A DNA stretch of 54,539 nt, counting the filler, from Phoronis australis (Eukaryota; Animalia; Phoronida): the NCBI GenBank assembly GCA_002633005.1. It is 5 parts of 5 records of this genome, joined end to end, with 100 filler letters (N's around TTAATTAATTAA, not from the genome) between each part and the next. Parts side by side here need not be neighbours in the genome. Positions count along the whole stretch, not along the records: positions 1 to 12,703 come from NMRA01001031.1; positions 12,804 to 26,880 come from NMRA01001123.1; 3 more parts are not named here. One strand, given 5' to 3'. Positions within the stretch are counted from its first letter, which is position 1, and every line of letters starts with the position of its first letter. Shown one piece after another: positions 11,702 to 22,702 of the stretch. The notes under the pieces are model-generated. The model was not told the DNA's origin. It saw only the letters and a program-made list of their open reading frames with translations, and did no database searches. Position numbers and translations under genes: made by a program.

Positions 11702-12703
11702 ATTGAGTCCTGTACTCATGCTGTGGATTATCTGTCTAACATGCAACTCTACACAGATTATCTTATGAAAATGATTCACAGATCTTGATTTTTGTAGTCT
11801 AGTCACAATGCACACATCCTGAATGGAACAAACCTAATATATGTTTAGTTTCCCTCTGTGCCGTCCCTTGAACAAAAGACATGCAAACAGTGTGCTAAAA
11901 CGCAAGGAAAGCGCAGCGCGCCTCAGATTCGTACTTTGCATGACTCATCAGTCTCACGAATTTGGACCCACAATTTTCAAATCCTAGATGAGTTCCTGAT
12001 GACAGAATGCATCAACTTGATAGTGACTAAATGAGCTAACTGAAGAAGCTTGCACTTTCTGAGCATATACATAAACGTTCGGGTTAACGCCCATGCTCAG
12101 TTAACCGCCCACCCCCTACTTTAGGTGGATTTTCGATTTAACCGCCCACTGCGATTTTTGAAGATTTCCAGTTAAGCGCCCACCTCTCGGTTAAGCGCCC
12201 ATCCCCGACTTTTAAAGAATGAAGATTTAGCGCCCAGTGCTAAGGAAACGCGCGATTCCCCGACTTTTAGAAAAAGATCGATGATCACAATGAGCGAAAC
12301 GACGCCGAGCCTCCGAGACGGTGGTTTAGCAATGTGAATTGCAATTATACAAGTAACGAGTTATTGTCTTGGGTCATGGACTCACTTCAAAATATACTTG
12401 AACGTTTTTGTCACTTTATTTTCTTCCCATGTTTGCAGAGTTTAAGAACGCCGCCGGCGTCAAAACCTCCGCCTTCAGCGACTTTGTCTGCCGCGCTGAG
12501 TTTTCGTCTGCAGTGCACTTGACAAAACATATATTCGAAAAAATCAGGCCAGAGAAATGAGACAATGGTTAAAAGTATATAGTCACGCCCGTTTCTGTTA
12601 CTTAGGACTGTCGCTATTCTCTATTGGTGTGTGACTTTGTAGTGGTGCACGCGCGCAAGTTCCCACACTTTGGAGTGCATGTTACCTTGACACCAACATG
12701 TGA

Positions 12704-12803
12704 NNNNNNNNNNNNNNNNNNNNNNNNNNNNNNNNNNNNNNNNNNNNTTAATTAATTAANNNNNNNNNNNNNNNNNNNNNNNNNNNNNNNNNNNNNNNNN
12801 NNN
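12704..12803. other. Artificial contig spacer (N44-TTAATTAATTAA-N44)
   Basis: The 12-mer places stop codons in all six frames; the identical 100-nt structure occurs four times. Confidence 0.97.
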
Positions 12804-12993
12804 AGCTCTTTGGTGATTATTAGGTAACTTCAAACTCAAATTTCTCAAAAATGTGCAACTTTATATGTGGGAACTTTTTAGATTTTGAAAACACTCTAAT
12901 AAATGAATTAAAAAACACCAAAATAAAATTGCCCCCCTAAAGTACTCACAAAAACCATTTTCTAGAGGCCCTACAAAATCTGGCCCACCGACT

Positions 12994-15300
12994 ATTGGAG
13001 GCACAGAACAGTTCTCACATCACTTGATTTGTCACCTTTTCCTCACTCAGTCAAAGCAGGATGCAAAGAATGCCATGTTTTCAGTTATTTCAAGTAAAAA
13101 GTCCAGCAGATGAGCGCAGAAACTTTATTCTCTTTTGTTTTTTGACCCTTTCAATCCCACTTAAATCAAGCTAGACTAAGAAAAATAGGGAGAAATAAAG
13201 TGCAAAATCGGCACATTTCACCTCGAAAACACTGCTTCCCTGCCGATGCACGACTAAAATCAACAATAGATTCTGAAAGCCAATTTCCTACAGAGTCCGA
13301 AAATGTGGTCCTACAGTACTGTCAACCAACCAGTTTTTTGTCAATTCTTGCTTGTTTGAGGGCTACCTAAAATCACAGCCAATTTCTCAGTCGCTATCCA
13401 GCACTGCACAATTGCAGCCGGGGGTCGCCATCTTGAAGAAGAGTGCAGCTACAGCCAAGAAAATGGCCTTTTTATTCACAGCATGTTCACAAATACAAAC
13501 AAACCACATTCACTGAGCCTACGTGCAATACCCGCCTACAAAATGTCCCCAAACTTGGTGTACCCCAAAACTTTAATATTTTGGGAGTTCACATTGGCCG
13601 TGGCTGCAGCCTATCTATTCAGTGCCACCATACGTATCTGTCTTATTTTTTCATTAGCCCATTAGTCAAAGAGGACCTGCCCAATTTTTCATTAGGCAAT
13701 CGGTCGAAACGGACCCACCCTTTTTTCTTTTGGTGATTAGTCAAAACTGACCTGCTCAATTTTTCGTTAGGCCATCGTCCGATATGGACCTGTCAATTTT
13801 TTCCATTAGGCCATCAGTCAATATGTACCTGTCCATTTTTTCATTAGGCAATCCGTCGATACGGACCTGCCTATTTTTTCATTAGGCCATCAGTCGATAT
13901 GGACCTGTACTTTTTTATTAGGTTATCAGTCAATACGGACCTGTCCATTTTTCATTAGGCAATTACTCGATACGGATATGCCTATTTTTTCATTAGCCCA
14001 TTAGTCAAAGAGGACCTTCCCATTTTTTCATGAGGCAATCAGTCTGAACGGACCACCCCTTTTTTCATTAGGCCATTAGTCAAAATTAACCTGCCCAATT
14101 TTTCATTAGGCCATCAGTCGATACGGACCTGCCCATTTTTTCTTAGGCCATCAGTCATTACGGACCTGTCCATTCTTTCGTTAGACAATCAGTCGATACG
14201 GATCTACCTATTTTTGATTAGCCCATTAGTCAAAGAGGACCTGTCCGTTTTTTCATTGGGCCAATAGTGAAAACAAACCTACCCATTTTTGATAATACCA
14301 TCAGTCGATACGGAACTGAACATTTTCAATTAGGTCATTAGTCTAAACAGGCCTACCCATATTTTCATTATGCCATCAGTCGGTGTGGACACTCCAATTT
14401 TTCATTAGCCTTTTTTCGATACGTACCTGTCCATTCTTCATTAGGCCATCAGTCAATATAGACCTGCCCATTTTTTCATTAGGCCATCAGTCGATAGGGA
14501 CCTGCACATTTTTCATTAGCCATTGGAGGCACAGAACAGTTCTCACTGAGTTTTGCCCAGCAAAACCCACATCACTTGATTTGTCACCTATTCTTCACTC
14601 GGTCAAAAACAGGATACAAAGAATGACACGTTTTCCATTATTTCACATAAAAAGCCCTGCAGATGAGTGCAGAAACTTTATTCTCGCTTGTATTTTTTAC
14701 CCTTTCAATCCCACTGAAAACCAAGCTAGACTAAGAAAAATAGGGGCAAAAAGTGCAAAATCGGCACTTTTCAACCCAGAAACACCACTTCCCTGCCGAT
14801 GTAGAACTGAAACCAACAATAGATTCTGAAAGCAAATGTTCTACATATTCCGAAAATGTGGTCCAAAAGCACTGTTAAGGAACTAGTTTTTGGCAATTCT
14901 GGCTTGTTGGAGGGCTACCTAAAATCGCAGCCAATTTCTCAGTCGCTGCTCAGCAATGCACAATATTGCAACCGGGGGCCACCATCTTGAAGAAGAGTGC
15001 AACTAGAGCCGAGAAAGTGGCCTTTTCATTCTCAGCATGTTCACAAATGCAAACAAACCACATTCACTGAGCAATGCCCACCTACAAAATGCCCCCAAAC
15101 TTGGCCTACCCCAAAATTTTAATATTTTGGGAGTTCAAATTGGCCACCGCCGCAGCCTAACTATTCAGTGCCAACATACGGATCTGCCTATTTTTTCATT
15201 AGCCCATTAGTGCAAAAAGGACCTGTCCATTTTTTCATTAGGCCATCAGTCGATATGGACCTGTCCCTTTTTATTAGGCCATGAGTCAAAACGGACCTGC
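12994..15300. repeat. Composite repeat: ~650-bp block duplicated at 12994 and 14522, each copy followed by a ~40-bp satellite array
   Basis: ATTGGAGGCACAGAACAGTTCTCAC...CTATTCAGTGCCA occurs twice, about 1.53 kb apart. A third partial copy is near 15300-15420. Confidence 0.85.
13630..14522. repeat. ~40-bp tandem satellite array
   Basis: About 22 diverged units of consensus TTTTTTCATTAGGCCATCAGTCGATACGGACCTGCCCAT, head to tail with no unique spacers. Confidence 0.95.
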
Positions 15301-16777
15301 CGATGCACGACTAAGACCAACAATAGATGCTGAAAGCAAATTTTCGACAGATTCCGAAAATGTGGTCAAAAAGTACTGTAATATTTTGGGAGTGCAAATT
15401 GGCCGAAGCCGTAGCCTAACAGTGCCTCCTACCTCGCAAAAAGTACTATTCCCACTAATCGATGCGCCATCTGTGGGCTGATAGATAAGGTACATGACGT
15501 CATCAACAAGCTCACAAGTTTAGAGACACCGAACACGCATTTCAGCTAATTCAACCATTCCCACTAATCGCTGTGCAGGCTGACAGATAACGTACATGAC
15601 GCCAGGAAAAGGCTCACTAGGCTCAAAACTTGAGAGACATAGAACACATTATTAGCAATATTGAAACCGTGAACTGCGCATGCGCGAAAATCACTCAGCC
15701 CCCTTCGGGATACATGGGATTCGCAGAAAACACAGCGTGAGGGTCTTATTTATGAATCAATCACATTTGCCGATAGCACATAACATAGATAAGTATTTTG
15801 TTAAAAACCTGGCCAAGTTTCAGCAAAATTGGAAAAAAAATTATGTTTAACATGGTATGGCCAAAGTTTTGGCTTATTTTGTCGCTTCGATCAGTGGAAT
15901 CGCCGCTAAAAACCCGAAAGTGCATGTGAGAAAACGATAATTTTCGACCAAGCCTTTCATGTGCGGTTAGTTGCCGATAGACCCAACAGATATCAGTATA
16001 ATCAAGATTGAAATGTAGGAGTTTGAAGAAAATTAGACAAAATTTTGTATTTAACATGGGGTCGCCGAAAATTGCCAATATTGGCCTTTTGCCTATCAGT
16101 TTTTCATCATAGACTATCATTAGTGGGTCTAGTTAATTCAAAGTTTTTGGTTAAATCACTGGTAATATTCACACCAGTATATTAATAAACGTTTTCTCTA
16201 TATGTAGCAGTTTGATTCCAACGCTTTAAGTAGTGCGTACACACAGGAATTGGCCCTTGACCTGCACGGCCCATGGGAGCTAACATTCAGCTGTAAACCA
16301 AAGTAGCTGTGTGCGGAAAACTCACTTGGGGTGTTTACGATCCACTTCAGGGAAAAAAACCTTGTTGTCCCTAACAATAATTTGTTTCCGAGTACTTCGG
16401 GCATGGTTTAAAATTGAAACGGTTCATTACAAGTTGAATTTATGAGAATCGTATTGTTGCATTGCAAACTGAAAACTACTCGATTGACTCGGTAGTGCGA
16501 GATAAGGCCGGCAACGAGTGAGGACAGCTTTGATTTGCTTACGAGTGGTGACTCATGATATTGGCCAGACATCTGTACTAATATGTTTTGTCTTTCCTTT
16601 TTACGGAATATATTTGAACTTTGGTAATTTTGGGCTACAAAATGTAGAACAACCTTCCTGGTGCTTCTCTCCAGAAGACACGCGGAGAGTGAAGCGCTAA
16701 CTGGTCCATAAGCGATGACCTAGTTTACGCAGAGAACCTGTCGGATGACCTAGTTTACGAATTGCTGGTAATCAAGC

Positions 16778-17180
16778 ATTTCAACTAAATCAACTATTCT
16801 CAGTAATCGATACGCCATCTGTGGGCTACTAGATAATATACACGACGTCATCAACAGGCTCACACATTCAGAGATTACTATCACGCATTTCAACTAATTC
16901 AACTATTCTCACTAATCGCTGCGCCACCTGCCTGCAGAAACATAGCGTACATGACGCCAGCGAAAGTCTCATAACTTGGGTGCAACTAAAATCAACCATC
17001 CAACTATTCCTACTAATCGCTGAGCCACCTTTGGACAGGTTGATAACATATGTGACATCATCCTCACGCTCAAAATTTTAGAGATGCCAATCACGCATTT
17101 CAAACAATTCAACTATTCCCACTAATTGCTGCGCCACCTGCAGGGACAGTTTGATAACAAACATGATGTCAGCAACAGGG
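16778..17180. repeat. Diverged ~100-bp tandem repeat (related units also at 15445-15620)
   Basis: Recurring TTCAACTAATTCAACTATTCCCACTAATCGCTGCGCCACCTG...CATGACGTCA units. Confidence 0.75.
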
Positions 17181-17680
17181 TTGCATCAGTGGTGATGGAA
17201 GGATGAGTTGAGTTATGCTGGGAATAGTTTGTTACAGCTAAACATTCTGATGTACTGTACATGTATCATATTTGGAGGCCGGTTTACTAAGCGATTGATC
17301 ACCCGGCATTGATGAAGGCTTCATGATCCGACCACTGTATTTATTGCCCTCTTGTTGTGAGTCTCTGTGCTACCGTGACTTTGGTCTCTCTACGGTCTAC
17401 CAGGTGTACTCCTGTTGTTTGATAGAATATATATCGATGGTCAATGTGAGGCTGAAATAACCCGCAGGGCTAATCTCCTTCCGTGTGTCTTGACTGTTGA
17501 TCCACGTGCAAAGGCCTGTAGTCAGCATTTCACGGGGGTGGTTTGAATTTCTAGAACGGTGGACATTCGTTATTTGGAAAACGTCGACACTGTAGAACTC
17601 TCGGTAAGGCCCTTGACGCAGCTTAACTAAGAGGCTATCAGATCTACATGTACGTTCCTGGGCTTAACGAGTCAGCCAAC

Positions 17681-17950
17681 ATGCTGCACGGTTACTACGT
17701 GCCGGAGTGTACGCGTTATGGTTCAGCTCACGCGCACTTGGTTATGCCAGACACCGTTTTCCGAAATCTGACATGCTCCGCCGTACTTGGCTCGTTCGTG
17801 TGAAGATTGCAGTGTTATCATCCACGCAACATACAAAGCAGAGGAGAATAATTACCGAGTGTGGGCAAGCGTTTTATTCCGTTGGATTACGAAAGAGATA
17901 TGAACTCGGAATCGGACGTGTAGTGGTCAGGTCCGTGAGCCAAACTTTAA
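17681..17950 (+). pseudogene. Degenerate THAP-domain relic (DNA-transposon derived)
   Basis: Frameshifted pieces MLHGYYVPEC / HRFPKSDMLRRTWLVRVK / YRVW / DYERDM follow the THAP order (CxVPGC, HRFP..W, RVC..HF). Confidence 0.55.
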
Positions 17951-20099
17951 TAAGTTTACTGTGGACTTGACTAAAGCATTATAGATATATAGAAGGTGCC
18001 AATTGACCTATCGTAGGCTCCGCCTACTTGACTAAAGTCGACAAACAAATAATAAGTTTTACCTGACGATGTGCTGTTTGACGGGTAAAATGGCGGCTTG
18101 GAAATTAAGGTGCTTCAAGAATGCTGTGTTCCGATTGGTCAGTTAAGCCGTCACTCAAAATCCAGGCAATAGGTCAATTGAGGGGAATCACCACGTATAG
18201 CTCGCTAAGCGTTTAAGATGGTGGCCGAAACAGTTGACCCGTGTATCGCCAAAATGATATATGTACACGTTGCTATTCACTGGCCCTGTACGTAGTAAAT
18301 GATAGCAAACCTACATGCATTAAGCCAATGAAAACACAAGTCAAATGTTCATCTCTGCACTAGCTGATGCAATTTGACTCTACTAGTAAAAATTACATGG
18401 CCCGTGTTGCCATCCATGAAGACAAGAAACTCGCAAACGAGGCTAGTGATATCACGTGCTCCGTTTGCATGGCGAGAAAACTGACTTGATATTGCGCTAT
18501 TGCTAGTGTCGTGCGGCTACCTACCACAGCTCCGAACTGCGCGTGGGATCACAGGCACGTCCTCGAGTCGATAAACTACTTTCCGCTCTGAATCTTTTCA
18601 GAAGTTAAAAAGAACTTGATTTCGTTAGCTCTACCGGAAGGATAATGAGTAGCCCATTGGATCGAGTACCTCCGAACTGTTTTGCAGTGTGAGGAATGGG
18701 AAAACGTCTTTTCGCCTGAGTAAGGTCTTCATATGATACTAGCATCTGCATGGGAATCAACTTCTTCTAGGTGTCTACAGGTACCTGATAGATTGCTTTG
18801 GTTGCTGGAAGACTGCAAAATTGAATGGTCCGAACAGTTAAATTGTGTGACTGCCTTTAAAAAGTGTCCAAAACGTAAGTACGAATTTCAACAATTTGCT
18901 ATATTCCAGCTTGTTTATTATGAAATTTACAAAATTCCTTGATCGATTTTTATCCTTGAACACGGCTAATTGACAGTGTTACTTAATGGAGCTTTTTCAA
19001 AAATAATCATACAAGTACCTCAGTCAAAATGAATTTATACTGTTTGATCAGGAATGAAACAGATATAGAGACATCCTTTATTTTCACTAAATCAATAAAC
19101 TTAAGGTAAATGCCACCAAAAACATCCCCTTTTGTATCAGTTTAGATGAGTAGATCCACTCAGTAACAGCAAGATCAGTTCATTTACCTGGCAACATACA
19201 TGTACGGCAGACGGAGGTGTTGAATTTAAGCAATGACATCGGTTCTAACACAGTCTGTTCAGCAGTTCACAACACGCTAACTTGGGTCAGCTTATCGCTT
19301 AACTTCATCGCTTTACTACAGTAAATCATCATAGTTCGCTGCAGAACCCTTACAAATACATTGAGTTGTTAACAAACGAGTTATTTTATTTGGTGTTACG
19401 GATTTATAAATTTTTTTAATGAACCATAGCCTACAATGTTAGGTAGGCCAACTTACAGAGATCGGTTGCGGTAATTAAGTTTGGTTCTGTTCGGTGAGGA
19501 TTTATAATTATGCTTCCATGAAATACAGACAAGAGAGCACAGCTGTGTGTTGTGATTTTAGATTTGCGATTTTTTCAGTTCTAAAGACACAAAACACTTG
19601 TTATAACCCAGTGGCTCGGAACCCGATCGCGGACTAGAGACGTACGAACATAAACCAGCCGAGTTCGTCGGCTGCCTAAGTTGAAAACTGGACTTCCGTT
19701 CACGAAAAATCTAGTCAATTGAACCAAGGAAATAACGTGCACGTGAACATTTCGGTGAATTGGCCGCAAAATGTAAGGTTGTACAATAACTTTGATTCGA
19801 ATAATCATTATATATCTACATAAAGATTCCCCTAACATCTGACCATAGCATACATGTATCAAATCGCGTTTTTGTTTCACAACAGCTTTCTGTCGGAAAC
19901 ACTGGATTGGCATGCGATCACACGCCTTCTTGTTTCCGGTCAATTACAGTTTTAATGTAAGTCGGTACACAAGTTGATTTATTCATTGTTGGTTTCTCAA
20001 AATATTTGCAATCATGAACACTCCAAAGGCATTACAAGTTGTATCAGCATGTACTTCAATTTCATGTTAATTTTGGTTAGAGAGAATAATTCATATTGA

Positions 20100-20304
20100 A
20101 ACAGAAATAGGTCGGTTACAGACACGGATATACATGTATGTCACGGCCTTATCCTTGAAATTAATAACGGCGAGCTTTCCATTTTGTACTTCCGCAAGCC
20201 ACTTCTGAAGCATTTCGGTTTCTCGAGAAAATCGAAAAAAACGATATACCCGCTTTCCTCGCAGCTTCATGTTTCGCACAAGCGAGAACGATACAGCAAA
20301 CCAT
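20100..20304 (-). pseudogene. Second degenerate THAP-domain relic
   Basis: MVCCIVLAC, then a frameshift into YRFFRFSRETEMLQKWLAEV...YIRVCNR. Confidence 0.6.
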
Positions 20305-21391
20305 AGTGGCACACACTCAGCTCAAGAACCACAGACGTCGCTGCGTCGTTTACTCATCTTCCTCACAGGTTAGCGCGGCACCTCTCGGCGAGGTGAGATC
20401 GACCACAAACGAGGTGGTGTGAATATAGACCGATTAAGGCGGTAAAAAACGAAATAACTCGGGTGTGTCTTCTAATTTGATTGCAACCACACAATTTTTG
20501 CGTACAAACAGTTGTGAGACAACATTCCATCAGCATCAGTTATTCTCAAACACTGCCTCAAGGTGGAGCTGGTTAGCTTGTTCTATGACCTTTATTCAAA
20601 GTTGGTGTTTCCCCACGGAAGAAAGATTGGTATCATATTATACAAAATAAACACCGAAATAATTGTAAATTGCCCCAATTCTATTCAAATCTCTTGTCTC
20701 ACATGCTATAGTCAAATGTTGGTTTCCGTTGTAGATCAACAAAATACTGGAACATAAAAACGCTTCGAGCTAGTAGTCGCAACCGGAATTCAATCCTCTT
20801 TTCTTGCGGAGACGGAAAAACGCATTTTATGGTTGGACTAGTTTTTTTAAAGATGAAAAAGTATGCTGCCCACATTCTTTTGTAGCGATTAGAAATGGAA
20901 ATAAACGAAACTGGTAGGCGTGAATTTGTACTAGTAGCTAACTATTCTCAATATGTGAGTTTTTTTTCCAATTGTTTCGGTGATATACATGTGTGCAAAA
21001 TGCGTCGACTTAGACTAATTTGAAGTTGAATTGGGTTATGGAAAGATAATTTTCATTCTTACTCAGTTATTTTTTGGGAAAACGCTACACAGTCTAACGA
21101 GCATTTGCATTTGATTGGAGAAAAACTGCTCACTCAATACGTAGATACGCTTCAAAAAGCAAGTGTTACTGTATTTACATTTATCCTAGTTCTTGAACTT
21201 TTTCATCCCAAAGAGTCACTAAAACAGGAATCTCACTCACCGATAACATTTTTTCGAAGGCGTTCATCCCAGGAGTGAATTCAATCATTTATTGCTTCTA
21301 CGGAACGCTTTCCAGGTTTGACGTTATACGTGTAAAACAACAGGTAAGCAATATATGCCGAAGTCAATTCACCGTTTCTTTTCTTGAATAG

Positions 21392-21559
21392 ATTGTAAAG
21401 ATGGCAGTGGTCGCATTTACAAGCGGAACGAGGAGTGGGTGGAGATGGTGGACGAGGTTACCTTTGATTGTGCGTGTAAACTCCCAATCAGGTGGTTTCG
21501 TCGTTTGCCAACAAAGCTTTACAAGAAATTCCCACCGACAGGAATCTGCAATCGACGAG
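21392..21559 (+). CDS. Internal exon encoding a 4-Cys fibronectin-type-I-like (or VWC-half-like) module
   Basis: Acceptor TTTCTTTTCTTGAATAG| and donor CGAG|GTATAC bound a 168-nt phase 1-1 open exon: DCKDGSGRIYKRNEEWVEMVDEVTFDCACKLPIRWFRRLPTKLYKKFPPTGICNRR. Confidence 0.7.
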
Positions 21560-22544
21560 GTATACACATTTAGTCACTTAATATAATATTTGAATGAACA
21601 GTTAATTTCTCATTGCATCACCAAACCTGGAACGTTAGAGGGTTGCGATAATTGGTCCATTATTAAGTATCAATGAGAACTTGGGGTTATTTATTAAAAA
21701 CTGCGTCCAAGAACTTAATCATCATCATCTTGAATTAACCTTTAAATATGGCACGCACGAAAAAGATAAAAACGTTCCAATAAGAACAAATTGGAAGAAT
21801 GCTTGTTATGAACGAATTTGAATAAGAATAAGATGCCTGTAGTTACGTTTTATGCTTATCCGATTACTACTTAAAAAGTTATGGAACGCGAAAGCTCGCC
21901 AGAAATATCTCTTAAACAATTCGTGGCGAATGTACCATCTCGCAACGTCTAGTACAGAGTAATGTAATTCACTGCCTCCTGTGAGGAAATTTACACAAAA
22001 ATTCCCAAAATTCACTATTTTCGAACAACGCGCGAAGGAAAAACTCTGTCTTAACCACCAAGTTTCTAATTTCCTTCTCACTGATGATCAATGTGCGCAT
22101 GAACTCAGTGGCAGTTGATTGCAGTAAAAGGTCACATTTTGCATATAAAGGAAATGTGCTACGTCCATGTCTTGCAATTCCACATAAGGAGACGTGCTTT
22201 ACCTTGTGGGAGAAAAATGGACAAAGTGGCGCATAGTTGACAGATCGTTTTTTGACATTTGAAACTGAAACAATATGCTTTGATATCAACAGAAATTAAA
22301 CTTCTTCAAGAACAAACCCTAAAATTACCTGGTGTGCAGGTTTCATTCTGTTTCAGTTGAAGTGAACTGCACTCAATATTGCAATTTAGTCTGTTTATCG
22401 CGTTCCAGGCCTCTCTAAGTAAACCCATACAAAATTATAAAAAGATTACTTTCTACCGATTTAGTTCGGACAGCACACAACAGTCAGTGATCATTGTGTT
22501 GCGCTAAATTATCCCTGAATTGATTATCATGTCTTCATCTTAAG

Positions 22545-22702
22545 GTTGCGGCCGTCCACGCAATCGTCAAATGAGATACGGCGAAACGTATAACAAGGAA
22601 CGTGAGGGCGATAGATACAAGTGCACGTGCGTCAAAGGGCCAGATCCCCAGGTAGCGGATGACTCGTCCCATTCGCACATTAGATGTCAGGTTGTTGAGT
22701 AG
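22545..22702 (+). CDS. Terminal exon encoding a second FN1-like module
   Basis: Acceptor TCTTCATCTTAAG| in phase 1, compatible with the previous exon: GCGRPRNRQMRYGETYNKEREGDRYKCTCVKGPDPQVADDSSHSHIRCQVVE-stop. AATAAA at 22850 and further downstream. Confidence 0.7.

Noticed and set aside
12748-12759. TTAATTAATTAA as a biological motif
   Set aside because: It is identical in all four gaps and centred between 44-N runs: an artificial six-frame stop linker.
13630-14522. CRISPR-like periodic array
   Set aside because: Units are contiguous diverged ~40-mers with no unique spacers, there are no cas genes, and the context is eukaryotic. It is a satellite.
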